Below, one piece after another: positions 1 through 9,775 of a DNA stretch of 64,000 nucleotides. Location: NCBI GenBank assembly GCA_013138975.1, contig WTBR01000065.1, positions 43,750 through 107,749 of the forward strand, written 5' to 3'. The DNA comes from Bacteroidales bacterium (GTDB lineage Bacteria; Bacteroidota; Bacteroidia; Bacteroidales; UBA12077). Positions within the stretch are counted from its first letter, which is position 1. The number at the start of each line of letters is the position of its first letter. The notes below the pieces were generated by a model. It had not been told where the DNA came from, ran no database searches, and was given only the letters and a program-made list of their open reading frames with translations. Made by a program: the position numbers and the translations under genes.

Positions 1-1
1 T

Positions 2-559
2 TTCTTCACTGACATAAAAAGAGAAGGCAAGAAACTTTTCGATACAGGAAAGCATATATTAGAAGAGCCAAAAGAATTGACTCCCCAAAAAAGAAGGGAA
101 ATTGCGGAGGAAGATTTCAAGAATTGGTTTGAACAAGCTATAGATTTTTGGGGTGATTTTAATACTAAATATCAGAAGATAGGCTCTGAATCAATTCGCT
201 ATAGAAAGTGTTCTTTTTTCTTACAACAAACTGTGGAAATGTGTTACACAGCTATTGAAATGGTTTACACACATTACAATCCCTATGAACATAACTTAGA
301 AACGCTAAGAGAACGTACCATTCAGTTTGACAGTAGAATAAAAGATATTTTACCGTATGAAACCGAAGAACAAATAGAATTATTTGATTATTTGAATTTT
401 GCATATATAGGCGGAAGATACCGAAGCAAAAAAGACTTTCCCGTAACAAAAGAACAACTCGATTATTGGAGCAAGGAAGCAAAGAAACTTCTTAACTTGG
501 CAGAAATAATATGTAATGAACGGATTGAATGTTTAAAAGGAATTGAAAATAAAAGCTGA
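2..559 (+). CDS. HEPN domain protein, 5'-truncated by the window edge (probable C-terminal part of an NTase-HEPN fusion or pair)
   Basis: Frame 2 is open from nt 2, with no stop before the tracked TTG at 77, so the ORF enters from the left edge. The leading FFTDIKREGKKLFD resembles the end of a minimal nucleotidyltransferase domain. HEPN-like helices carry YEHNLETL and IGGRYRS motifs. Confidence 0.6.
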   Translation, partial: FFTDIKREGKKLFDTGKHILEEPKELTPQKRREIAEEDFKNWFEQAIDFWGDFNTKYQKIGSESIRYRKCSFFLQQTVEMCYTAIEMVYTHYNPYEHNLETLRERTIQFDSRIKDILPYETEEQIELFDYLNFAYIGGRYRSKKDFPVTKEQLDYWSKEAKKLLNLAEIICNERIECLKGIENKS

Positions 560-624
560 TAATTGAGCTGCTTCCATCTCAATTACTTTCGTAATTAAAA
601 CTTTTTATTTATTGGTTTTTTAAA

Positions 625-763
625 CCCATATGTTGCCCGAAAATATTTTGTAAAATCTATTTTAATTTTCTCCCTACATTCAAACATGCCTTAAAAAGCT
701 TAAAATATCTGAATTTTGATCTAAATTTAGACACTGAAGCAGTTTTTAGACAAACTACCGTTA
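625..763. repeat. Intergenic repeat family K, copy 1 (about 140 bp)
   Basis: By-eye alignment gives roughly 85-90% identity to 3828..3968 in the same orientation. The shared core is cattcaaacatgccttaaaaagcttaaaatatctgaa...gcagtttttagacaaact. Confidence 0.8.
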
Positions 764-906
764 TAAATAAATAGACAAACAAGAATTTTAATTTGTCAGA
801 AAGAGACTTGTAAACTCCTTGTAACAATAATTGAAGATTCCCTAAAGTGTATTAATCGTAATTGCGATTATCCGAAGATTCTCAAATATGTCATTACCTA
901 CTCATC

Positions 907-2826
907 TTATTTTTTATTCTTTTCAGCTTCCTCTTTCAGCTTTTTTATAATTGGAGCAAACTCCTCAATAATAGTTTCTGTGTCCCATCCTAATTCTTTA
1001 TCCTTGGCTTCGTTTTCAATATCTTCAAGCATCATTTTTTCCATATCTTCAATTACCTGACGGCTATGTTTTATAAATATTTTTTGCTCGTGTCGAGAAT
1101 TTACCAATTCCTTTAAGTACTTCTCATCGTGTTTTCTAAATTTTTTAAGCGCCCTTTGAACCTGATTCTTTCGATATCCTATAATACATAAGGCATCAGC
1201 AGCAATGCGCAATCCACCGTCAAAAAATTCTCTATAAACACCAGATATATCTTTCTCAATCATGTCATAATAATCCATCCAGTTTTTTGTTCTGGCAATT
1301 ATTTTTAAGTGAGGAAAATGCTTTTGTGCTACTTCTACAATCTCCATTGTCTTCTCCGGTTCATCAACGGCAATTATCAAAAGTTTTGCGTCCAAGGCAC
1401 CTGCAGCATGCAAAAGATCATGTCTTGAGGCATCACCATAAAATACTTTTAAGCCTAATTTTCTAAGGAGTTCAACATTATTCGGATCCATATCCAGATA
1501 GGTAGCCTGTGTTCCATTGGCTTGCATAAACCGACCAATGGTACTTCCATATCTACCAAAGCCAGCAATAATTACTTCATTTACTTCATCAATTACGTCT
1601 GCTTCTCTTTCTTTAACTTCTTTTGTTCCGAAGTATGGCTGAATCAATTTTTCATTAAGCAACATCAAAAGTGGTGTTAAAGCCATTGAAATCGCCACCG
1701 CAGCGATCATCGGATTCGCAGTTGAGCTTGTCATAACGCCATTCTGAAGTGCATATGAAAATAAAACAAATGCAAATTCACCTCCTTGAGCCAAACCAAA
1801 TGCAAACAGCAAATTATTATCCATTTTCATTCCGAATAAACGACCGATTGAGACAAGAACAATCAACTTTACAAGGATTAATCCAACAACCAACATTGTT
1901 ATTAATCCAGGACTTTCAGTTATTAGTTTAAAATCTATTGAAGCACCAACCGCAATAAAAAACAAACCTAAGAGCAAACCCTTGAATGGTTCAATATCTG
2001 TTTCCAGTTCATGTCGATATTCGCTTTGAGCTAATACAACTCCAGCTAAGAATGTCCCTAATGCAGGGCTTAAGCCAACTTTTGTCATTAAAAGAGTAAT
2101 CCCTATTATCAATAATAAAGCTGCCGCAGTAAATAATTCTCTTAAACGGGTTTGAGCAATTAATCGAAATGCATGACTTATTAAATATCTTCCAGCCAAA
2201 ATGATAGAAACAATGACACCCAAAATAATAATTGTTTGTAAAATAATTGGTAGTCCTTCAATCCAGGTGCTGCTTTCATGTGAATCACTATGTGCGACTT
2301 CTGTAATAGCCAATAATGGTAAGAAAGCTAAAATTGGAATAACTGCAATATCCTGAAATAACAATACTGAAAAAGCATTTTGTCCTCCTACAGATTTGAG
2401 TAATCCTTTTTCATTCAATGTTTGCAAAACAATTGCGGTAGATGATAGAGCCAGAGTTAAACCAAGTGCAAGTGCTGTTTGCCATACAAGTGGACTTACC
2501 AACAATACAATAATAGTTATTATACCAGCAGTTGTAATAACTTGCAATCCTCCTAAACCTAAAATGGGTGCTCTTAATTTCCACAATAATGATGGTTGGA
2601 GTTCTAAACCAACCAAAAATAACATCATAACCACACCAAATTCTGCAAAATGCATCACATCTTGTCCTTCTTCTCCAATAAACCCAAAAACAAAAGGGCC
2701 AATTATTACACCGGCAATTAAATAGCCTAATACAGATCCTAAACCTAACTTTTTAGCAACAGGTACTGCTATTACAGCTGCACTTAAGTATACAAACGCC
2801 TGATAAAAAAAACCTCCTTCATCCAT
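907..2826 (-). CDS. kefC: Glutathione-regulated K+ efflux / CPA2 monovalent cation:H+ antiporter with a C-terminal KTN (TrkA-N) domain
   Basis: 639-aa ORF with a multi-TM Na_H_Exchanger-like N-terminal region (GSVLGYLIAGVIIGP). A Rossmann motif IIAGFGRYGSTIGR follows the membrane part. It sits 1 nt downstream of the KefF/G-like gene. Confidence 0.9.
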   Translation of the reverse strand: MDEGGFFYQAFVYLSAAVIAVPVAKKLGLGSVLGYLIAGVIIGPFVFGFIGEEGQDVMHFAEFGVVMMLFLVGLELQPSLLWKLRAPILGLGGLQVITTAGIITIIVLLVSPLVWQTALALGLTLALSSTAIVLQTLNEKGLLKSVGGQNAFSVLLFQDIAVIPILAFLPLLAITEVAHSDSHESSTWIEGLPIILQTIIILGVIVSIILAGRYLISHAFRLIAQTRLRELFTAAALLLIIGITLLMTKVGLSPALGTFLAGVVLAQSEYRHELETDIEPFKGLLLGLFFIAVGASIDFKLITESPGLITMLVVGLILVKLIVLVSIGRLFGMKMDNNLLFAFGLAQGGEFAFVLFSYALQNGVMTSSTANPMIAAVAISMALTPLLMLLNEKLIQPYFGTKEVKEREADVIDEVNEVIIAGFGRYGSTIGRFMQANGTQATYLDMDPNNVELLRKLGLKVFYGDASRHDLLHAAGALDAKLLIIAVDEPEKTMEIVEVAQKHFPHLKIIARTKNWMDYYDMIEKDISGVYREFFDGGLRIAADALCIIGYRKNQVQRALKKFRKHDEKYLKELVNSRHEQKIFIKHSRQVIEDMEKMMLEDIENEAKDKELGWDTETIIEEFAPIIKKLKEEAEKNKK

Positions 2827-2827
2827 A

Positions 2828-3403
2828 TTACACTTTCTCTTTCATTAGATAATCATTCAGATACTTTAGCTTGCTTGCTTTTTCTTTATCAATTTTTTCA
2901 TCAATAATTTCTTGCAAAATTTTATAATAATCATTTTTGTAGTCAAGTATTCCATCATTTTCAATTGCATGAGTACCATGAACAACGAAAGGTGGTAAAG
3001 GAATCATCTGACACAAAGCTGCCGTTTGATTTAAAGTATGGTTGTTGAAACTCCCTACCTTATATGCCAGCTCAGGACCTCCCGTAGTTATTGCACAAAA
3101 GAACAGCTTCCCTTTTAATGCATTCCCATTGCTCCCATATGCCCAACCATGCTCCAGAACCAAATCCTGCCATTCTTTTATTATGGCAGGTGTACTATAC
3201 CAAAATAAGGGATAATGAAAAATGATACAATCATGTTGTGAGAGTAATTCTTGTTCGTGTTCAACATCAATGTCAAACTCTGGATAATGATCGTATAAAT
3301 CATGAAATGTTACTCCTTTATGATCTGAAAGACCATCTACTAAGACTTTATTCACTCGTGATTTATGAAAAGCGGGGTGTGCAAATAAGATCAGTATTTT
3401 CAT
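2828..3403 (-). CDS. KefF/KefG-type flavodoxin-like NAD(P)H:quinone oxidoreductase (K+ efflux ancillary protein)
   Basis: 191-aa ORF starting MKILILFAHPAFHKSRVNK, with FHYPLFWYSTPAIIKEW typical of the Flavodoxin_2 family. Its stop is 1 nt from the kefC start. Confidence 0.85.
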   Translation of the reverse strand: MKILILFAHPAFHKSRVNKVLVDGLSDHKGVTFHDLYDHYPEFDIDVEHEQELLSQHDCIIFHYPLFWYSTPAIIKEWQDLVLEHGWAYGSNGNALKGKLFFCAITTGGPELAYKVGSFNNHTLNQTAALCQMIPLPPFVVHGTHAIENDGILDYKNDYYKILQEIIDEKIDKEKASKLKYLNDYLMKEKV

Positions 3404-3827
3404 ATAGTATTGATTTTATTTATAGTTCTAAAAATAATTATAACAATAGTTATAACATTTAATCTATTATTATGTTGGCGATGATGTTGTAATTTACAAA
3501 ATATTAAATAAATCTACCCAAGCTTGTAGTAAAATTGAGAAGGTTTGCAGTTAGCGGCCAATTTATAATCGAATAAGCGGCTGACGAGATAATAATCTCG
3601 CCAGTGCACCTTTCACACCCTAATTACTTTCGTAATTATTCTCGTAATTGTATATGCGTGCTTAGCACCTTCCTTTCATTCCAAATATCCCCCGGATATT
3701 TCTCTCTAAGTCACATATACAGCGGTTCGTTAAGTTGTGGAGATCAAATTTTCACGACGATAGGAGTAAATTTGTTTGTAAATGTTGAGTAAAGAAATAT
3801 ACCCTCACATTTTTAGTTCATTTTAAG

Positions 3828-3968
3828 CCCATATGATGCTCAAAAATATTTTGCGAAATCCATGATCTAATTTTCACTCCACATTCAAACATGCCTTAAA
3901 AAGCTTAAAATATCTGAAAATTGATCTAAATTTATACACTAAAGCAGTTTTTAGACAAACTGTCGTTA
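3828..3968. repeat. Intergenic repeat family K, copy 2
   Basis: Direct repeat of 625..763. Together the two copies bracket the kef gene pair. Confidence 0.8.
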
Positions 3969-4207
3969 GGCGCAAGGAGTGAAAAAATAAAGAGAATCAA
4001 TTTGACGACATTTCTAAATAGAAACATTCTTCCAAAACGATAAATAATATTTTAGTTTCCCTACGCACTTTTGCACTAACGTGCAATTAAAAAATGTCCC
4101 TTGAGTATTAAACACTTTTGTTTCGTTTCACTTCACAAAAGCGTTTAATTTTTCCATAATTTAATTGGTAATTATCACTTTGTATTTTTATAAAAGTTAT
4201 TATTATT

Positions 4208-5140
4208 TTAATCCTTTATAAATCTTACTGGCGCAGCAAGAGCAATATTTATCCCTGGGTAAGTTAAATAATAATAATCTTCTCTTACATCAACAAAACA
4301 AATAAGCTCACCTAAACATAAAAATCCTGCCTCACCCCCCCTGAGTGCTTCTTCATCTTTTGGTATATAATAAGCTCCGCTACTAAGGGCATTAAAACCT
4401 GATTTATTTGTCAAAGCTGTCTTAATATCGTTGTCAATTGATATAATACCTTGTTCAATCATTGATTCATATCTTACATAATAATCATCCACCAAATTAC
4501 CTAGAAGTTCGTTCCATTCATTATTGCTTGGTAAGTGCCACCCATCAGGTGCACAATTTACTGCATCTATGCGTTCATAATAACATCCATATGGAGCGTT
4601 ATTTTGTTCATCGATATATTTGTAATAATTTATATTTTCAGGTTCAAATCTAAAATTCTCTGCCATCCATTCTTGATCGCCTACAATTATTGTATTATAT
4701 GTTTTATTATCTCTTGAATCTGTAAAAGAACTATGCTCAATAACAATAGGCTCATCCCAATCCCAAGTTCCAACATGACTTTCATAATATCCAGTACTTG
4801 TTACACCTGTATATGAATATCTAGTCTCACTTGTTAATGTAATTGTTTCTTTACCACCATCAGGATATGTCGTTATTATAGTTTTACAATCATCATATTG
4901 CCACCTATTACCAAAATATTGTGTTTCATTATTCACACCACTGAATGAAAGATCTGAATTATATGTCATATTAAAATATTTTACAGAAGAAGTGCCTTCA
5001 TCTGGGTAGTATTTAATGGTAATATCAAATAAGGATTCTGGTCCAGAACAATTACCTCCATCATCATCTTTCTCACATGAAATGACTATTAAACTTAATG
5101 CTATAACAATAGCGAGGCTAATTTTTGCTTTTATTTTCAT
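4208..5140 (-). CDS. Lipoprotein with a Fibrobacter succinogenes major paralogous (Fib_succ_major) domain
   Basis: Signal peptide plus lipobox (LIVISC). DSRDNKTYNTIIVGDQEWMAENFRF and CAPDGWHLPSNNEWNELL match the TIGR02145-type motifs. Confidence 0.85.
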   Translation of the reverse strand: MKIKAKISLAIVIALSLIVISCEKDDDGGNCSGPESLFDITIKYYPDEGTSSVKYFNMTYNSDLSFSGVNNETQYFGNRWQYDDCKTIITTYPDGGKETITLTSETRYSYTGVTSTGYYESHVGTWDWDEPIVIEHSSFTDSRDNKTYNTIIVGDQEWMAENFRFEPENINYYKYIDEQNNAPYGCYYERIDAVNCAPDGWHLPSNNEWNELLGNLVDDYYVRYESMIEQGIISIDNDIKTALTNKSGFNALSSGAYYIPKDEEALRGGEAGFLCLGELICFVDVREDYYYLTYPGINIALAAPVRFIKD

Positions 5141-5587
5141 AAATAAATTTTAAATGTAATTTTAGATTTCCGAAATATACTCGTTTAGAATTTAAAAAAG
5201 AATACTCAACAGTGAGTATTTACCTATAATGCACTTTGTATTTAATATTAGGAATTATAAATAGAAGCAACATAAATTCTATTCTGTTTTTAATTGACTA
5301 GAGTCAAAATTCACATCGAAACTCATTTAGCATATAGGCATTAATTCATAACAGTTAGATGACTAATCATCCTTTTCCTATCCTATTACAAGCATATTTA
5401 CAATTCTTCAAGAACTTACACACGGTCCAATTGCAAAAAACTTATAATCCCTACCCTATTTTGGCGTTACCGCCAATAATAATTCCAACCATAAACTAAA
5501 ATATTGGTATTTCATGGATACAGTATAACAAACTGACAGGTCAGCACATTAAAACCTCCCAACGCCTAACAGCGGTTCAATAATTAG

Positions 5588-5672
5588 CTAGGTTTTAGTG
5601 GGTTTTTAGTCTTTTTTACTATTTTTAAACTTTATCAACGGGGGATAATGAAACTGGGCAAAATTTCAGCCA
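5588..5672 (+). repeat. Intergenic repeat family R, copy 1
   Basis: The 21-nt core ggataatgaaactgggcaaaa (5643..5663) is present as a perfect reverse complement at 8457..8477. Flanks of about 60 nt are weakly similar. Confidence 0.7.
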
Positions 5673-5795
5673 ATTTTTAACTGCAACCCTTTAGGCACAA
5701 GGGTTTCTAAAAATTAAAAATTACAATCTGACAACATTTTCTAAATTGAATCTTTCTACAAATATGACAAATAAAAACATTAACAGAAACAGAAT

Positions 5796-6836
5796 TTAAT
5801 AGTCTTTTTCTTGATTTTTAACTAGCTCTATTGTTGATAAAAGGCCGCATGCTGCAAAAATATCTTCTCCTCGTGATGACCTAATAGTTGTAAAAACACC
5901 CTTATTGTTTAAAGTTTCTTTAAACTTCAAAAGAGTCTCCTCATCAGATCCCTGTAAAGTTGAATCGGGAATTGGATGAAAACGAATCAGATTAATCCTG
6001 CAACGAACACCATTTAATAATTTTGACAATTCATTAACATGAGACATAGTATCATTAACTCCTTTAAACATTATATATTCAAATGAGACCCTACGTTGCA
6101 GCCCAAAATCAAATTTTTTAATCTCATTAACTACATCTTTTATTGGGTAAACACTTTCAACAGGCATCAAGCTTTTTCGCTCTTCATCAAATGGCGTATG
6201 CATGCTTACTGCCAAATGACAAGTACTATTTTCTAAAAACTTTTTCATTGCAGGAATAATACCAATTGTTGAAACAGTAATTCTTTTAGGACTAAGCGAA
6301 TAACCCCATTCAGATGTTAAAATCTCAATACTTTTCATAACTTCGTCTAAATTGTCAAATGGTTCACCCATACCCATATACACAATGTTTGTTATGTTTT
6401 GCCATTCATCAATTGATCGGTATTGATTAACTATTTCACCAGCTGTTAAATTATTTTGAAATCCTTGACGACCAGTCATACAAAACAGGCAAGCCATTTT
6501 ACAACCCACCTGCGACGAAACACAAACTGTTTTTCTATCCTTGTCAGGTATCATTGCTGTTTCAATATAATTATTGCCCTTTGTCGGGAATAAGTATTTT
6601 TTTGTACCATCAATACTCTTATCAACCTTTAACGATGCTACTAAACCCACCTGAAAATTAGCAGAAAGCAGATCTCTATTTTTTTTTGAGATATTTGTCA
6701 TTTCATCAATAGTAAATATCTCTTTTTTGTACAACCACTCACTTAACTGTTTTGCAGTAAAACTTGGCAGTTTTAATTCGGCACAAATACCTTTTAATTC
6801 AGTTAATGTTTTTCCAAATAGATTTTCTTTGCTCAT
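5796..6836 (-). CDS. rlmN: 23S rRNA/tRNA (adenine-C2)-methyltransferase RlmN (radical SAM)
   Basis: 346-aa ORF with the CxxxCxxC cluster in VSSQVGCKMACLFCMTG, MGMGEPFDN, and a C-terminal GEDIFAACG motif. Confidence 0.95.
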   Translation of the reverse strand: MSKENLFGKTLTELKGICAELKLPSFTAKQLSEWLYKKEIFTIDEMTNISKKNRDLLSANFQVGLVASLKVDKSIDGTKKYLFPTKGNNYIETAMIPDKDRKTVCVSSQVGCKMACLFCMTGRQGFQNNLTAGEIVNQYRSIDEWQNITNIVYMGMGEPFDNLDEVMKSIEILTSEWGYSLSPKRITVSTIGIIPAMKKFLENSTCHLAVSMHTPFDEERKSLMPVESVYPIKDVVNEIKKFDFGLQRRVSFEYIMFKGVNDTMSHVNELSKLLNGVRCRINLIRFHPIPDSTLQGSDEETLLKFKETLNNKGVFTTIRSSRGEDIFAACGLLSTIELVKNQEKDY

Positions 6837-6857
6837 TTTTATATTTTAAATTATAAT

Positions 6858-7499
6858 TTAAAAATATATTTCAGTAATAATATTATTAAAACCTACTCCT
6901 TTTTTTATTAATAGCTTACGTATATCAACCACCATGTCGGTACTGCCACATAGATAGTAATCTATGTTTGTAGGAATATTGTTTAAATCACCAATATATT
7001 TTGTTAGCCTTCCCTCAAAAATATCATCTCCTTTATCTTGCGAACAGCACCTTACATAATTGCTCAATTCTTTAAAAACATTACTAAAATACATATCCGT
7101 TTTTAATCGTCCACCTTGAATTAATTTTAAAGGTTGCTGACCACTTTTAAACATACTATAAAAAGGAGCAATACCAGTTCCAGTTGCTATCCACCATGAT
7201 GGTTTATTATTAAATATAAATTTTCCCTGCACTTTTGTTATCCATATTTTGTCTCCAATATTTGCCGCTGCTAAAGGTGGAGTTAACTCTCCATCATCTT
7301 TAATATTAAAAAGAATAGAAATATTGTGCTCATTATTTCCGCTACAAATGCTATACAGTCGTGGATTCTGCTTTGGTGACATTGTAATTCCAATAATCTG
7401 TCCGGGCTTAAAACTAAATTCACGTTTAATTTCAATAACAAATACCTTATTTGCAATTTGTATTTTATTAACTATTGTAACTTCAGTAAATTTACTCAT
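6858..7499 (-). CDS. Ferredoxin-NADP reductase-like FAD/NAD(P)-binding oxidoreductase
   Basis: Contains RLYSICS (RxYS FAD motif) and WWIATGTGIAPF (NAD(P) motif). The tracked start at 7523 is TTG, so I prefer the ATG at 7499 (MSKFTEV). Confidence 0.8.
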   Translation of the reverse strand: MSKFTEVTIVNKIQIANKVFVIEIKREFSFKPGQIIGITMSPKQNPRLYSICSGNNEHNISILFNIKDDGELTPPLAAANIGDKIWITKVQGKFIFNNKPSWWIATGTGIAPFYSMFKSGQQPLKLIQGGRLKTDMYFSNVFKELSNYVRCCSQDKGDDIFEGRLTKYIGDLNNIPTNIDYYLCGSTDMVVDIRKLLIKKGVGFNNIITEIYF

Positions 7500-7740
7500 A
7501 CAAATAGTTTTGTTATTATACAATTACTAACGAATAAGGTTTAATAAAAAAATAAGCAAGTTGATAAAACTGCCCCCTTTCCATCAGACACATTGGTAAA
7601 TTTTCATTGTCCTTCTCTAAGCCAGATATTTACCAAAGAGTTTAATTAATTTTCTATTATTTTTAGGTAGTAATCCTTTTTTTCCTGTTTTACGTAATAC
7701 AGTCTACGATTTGCTTATGACAAACTTCTGCGCCCCGTAA

Positions 7741-7947
7741 TTATTCGTTTAAATCTTCATTATCAATTACTTGCTCCATCTGATCAAAGTTCCTTATATC
7801 GTTTATCCACCTAGATTCGTCATTAAATGCATTTGAAAAGCCTATCATAAATGCAGCGAAAATTATGAATACCCAACGTCTAGCCCATTTTGACAAGCAT
7901 TTAATTCTATTGAAAAACTGGAAGTTTTTATTTTTTGATTTATCCAT
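7741..7947 (-). CDS. Hypothetical small single-pass membrane protein
   Basis: 68-aa ORF with one hydrophobic helix (WVFIIFAAFMIGF). I recognise no homology. Confidence 0.35.
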   Translation of the reverse strand: MDKSKNKNFQFFNRIKCLSKWARRWVFIIFAAFMIGFSNAFNDESRWINDIRNFDQMEQVIDNEDLNE

Positions 7948-8038
7948 TTTCTTTTGAGTAAAGAATTGTACATTATATTTCTTATTTCATAAACAATTTT
8001 ACTTGAAAGACAGTGTTTTGTAAACAAATCTGTCTCTT

Positions 8039-8401
8039 TTAAGAAATATGATGATTCTCAATGGATTTTCGTGGAATATATGATTTATTAATTATCAAAT
8101 TAATTGGGGTAATCTCAAAAAGCATGTTTGTTTGAGAGATTAATTTAACATTCACTTTTTGATTGTAATATAAAATGTACTCATTTGACCACAGTTTTAT
8201 ATTCAAATTTGTAGTTACGACATCTATGTATTGATTATTATAGAAACATATCGAATCCTGTCCTTTCGGATTGCTTGTACTAAGCCATTCTGTTTCCTTA
8301 TAATATTTTACATTGGGGCAAGAAATAAAAATATTCTCCCCAAGTCCTATTAGACTAATGATTATTATGGAGGAAAGAATAAATTTAAATCGACGTTTCA
8401 A
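8039..8401 (-). CDS. Hypothetical secreted protein or lipoprotein
   Basis: 120-aa ORF with an N-terminal signal-like helix and a possible lipobox (IFISC). Confidence 0.45.
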   Translation of the reverse strand: MKRRFKFILSSIIIISLIGLGENIFISCPNVKYYKETEWLSTSNPKGQDSICFYNNQYIDVVTTNLNIKLWSNEYILYYNQKVNVKLISQTNMLFEITPINLIINKSYIPRKSIENHHIS

Positions 8402-8442
8402 TGAATTTATAATTTAAATTGCACGCAATGTTTCTCGAATAA

Positions 8443-8530
8443 GCTGAGACTGGGATTTTTGCCCAGTTTCATTATCCGTTTATAGAAGTTGAAGATAGAA
8501 CAAAAATTGCGAAACACCAAAAAACCAGGT
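8443..8530 (-). repeat. Intergenic repeat family R, copy 2 (inverted relative to copy 1)
   Basis: Its reverse complement aligns with 5588..5672, with a perfect 21-nt core. Confidence 0.7.
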
Positions 8531-8742
8531 TTTGTTTGACTCTATGCTGTGCATAGTTTTTTATTCTACCTATCCAGTTTTTATTTTTATATACACGCTG
8601 TCCAATTAGAAATTAAAAAAATAAATTTCCACAACAAAGTATGATAAATAGTCCCAATTAATGAATTAAAAGGTTCAAAAGATTAAATTTTAACTAGCTT
8701 TGCAGCCTTATATAAGGATATGCCTAAAACGAAATAATATCG

Positions 8743-9354
8743 ATGAATTTAAAAAAACTAATTCCTGAATTAGTATCTGGACTGAATGATGCAGGATTTG
8801 ATAAGAACCCAAAAAAAATACAGAGTACGAGTATCCCTCAAATTAAATCCGGAGCCGATCTTTTTATTATCTCGCCCGAGGGTTCTGGTAAATCGACCGC
8901 CATTGTAATTGGTATTATTCAGCAGCTAAAAGAGGCATTCGAAGAAGCTCCCCGAGCAATCATTGTTGCCGCTACAAAAGAAAAAGCTTTAGAGATTGAA
9001 GCGCAATTTGAAATTATTGGTAAGCATACCAATTTAAGAACATTCACGGCATTTGATCAGGGTATAATACAATATCAGAAAGATATGATTTACGAAGGAT
9101 TGGATGTACTTATTGGAACACCTAAACGTCTGAACGAACTGGAAAAGATAACCGGGATCCCTCTTTCCAAAATAAAAATGTTTGTGGTTGACGATGCAGA
9201 ATCTTTTACACTCGATAGATATGCCATGATTTACCGGATAGCAGACAGTATCAATAAATCACAATTTATCATGGTAGCAAATTCGTGGAGTAAAAAGTTT
9301 GCGAAATTATCGGAACGAATAATGAAAAATCCGAAAATTATTAAGCCCGAATAA
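8743..9354 (+). CDS. DEAD-box helicase domain-1-only protein with degenerate motifs
   Basis: 203 aa. Motifs are Q-like FDKNPKKIQ, motif I SPEGSGKST, Ib TPKRL and II VVDDAE (in place of DEAD). There is no helicase C-terminal domain before the stop. Confidence 0.75.
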   Translation: MNLKKLIPELVSGLNDAGFDKNPKKIQSTSIPQIKSGADLFIISPEGSGKSTAIVIGIIQQLKEAFEEAPRAIIVAATKEKALEIEAQFEIIGKHTNLRTFTAFDQGIIQYQKDMIYEGLDVLIGTPKRLNELEKITGIPLSKIKMFVVDDAESFTLDRYAMIYRIADSINKSQFIMVANSWSKKFAKLSERIMKNPKIIKPE

Positions 9355-9775
9355 ACCAGGTTTACAATAGAGATTAAATGAAGCTTGAAACCATTGCTTC
9401 TGTCTAATATTCTAACTTGAAATTGAGTACATCCTTATTTTCTTCGCAGGATTCAATAATTATGTACAAGGTACAAATAGAAGTAATATATTCCTTCCAC
9501 TATATACTGTGAATTTACTTTTTTTTAATACGTTTTAATATATATGCTCACAAAAGAGGGAGATTTATACACTTTATCGCTCTGTCGCCATAAAGTTTAA
9601 ATTCTTGCTGATTTTTAATTACTACAGTTTATTATGAGAATCCTACGGATTTTTTTCGCAACAGAATCATAAGCTAAACTGTTGTATGTCATAAAAAATG
9701 GAATAAAACTCAATTTCAATTGTATATATAGCTTCTAAAATCGAGTGAAGATATAAGGTTTTTAAAACGTGAAAA

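Noticed and set aside
3604-3792. 62-aa plus-strand ORF between the kef operon and repeat K copy 2
   Set aside because: It lies in structured or repeated intergenic DNA that includes the AATTAC-TTTC-GTAATT palindrome and hairpins such as cgagat-aata-atctcg upstream. It has an odd Cys/Ser/Phe-rich composition, I recognise no homology, and it has no start context. It is most likely not coding.
581-3968. Calling the repeat-flanked kef cassette a composite transposon
   Set aside because: No transposase, integrase or recognisable IS ends are present, and no target-site duplication was identified. It is reported only as a repeat observation.
3715-5590. acagcggttcg / acagcggttca strings that superficially resemble tRNA T-arm sequences
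   Set aside because: I could not fold a cloverleaf around either site: there is no acceptor stem complementarity and no GTTCGAATC-type T-loop with a matching stem. I found no tRNA, rRNA or recognisable riboswitch anywhere in the window by eye.
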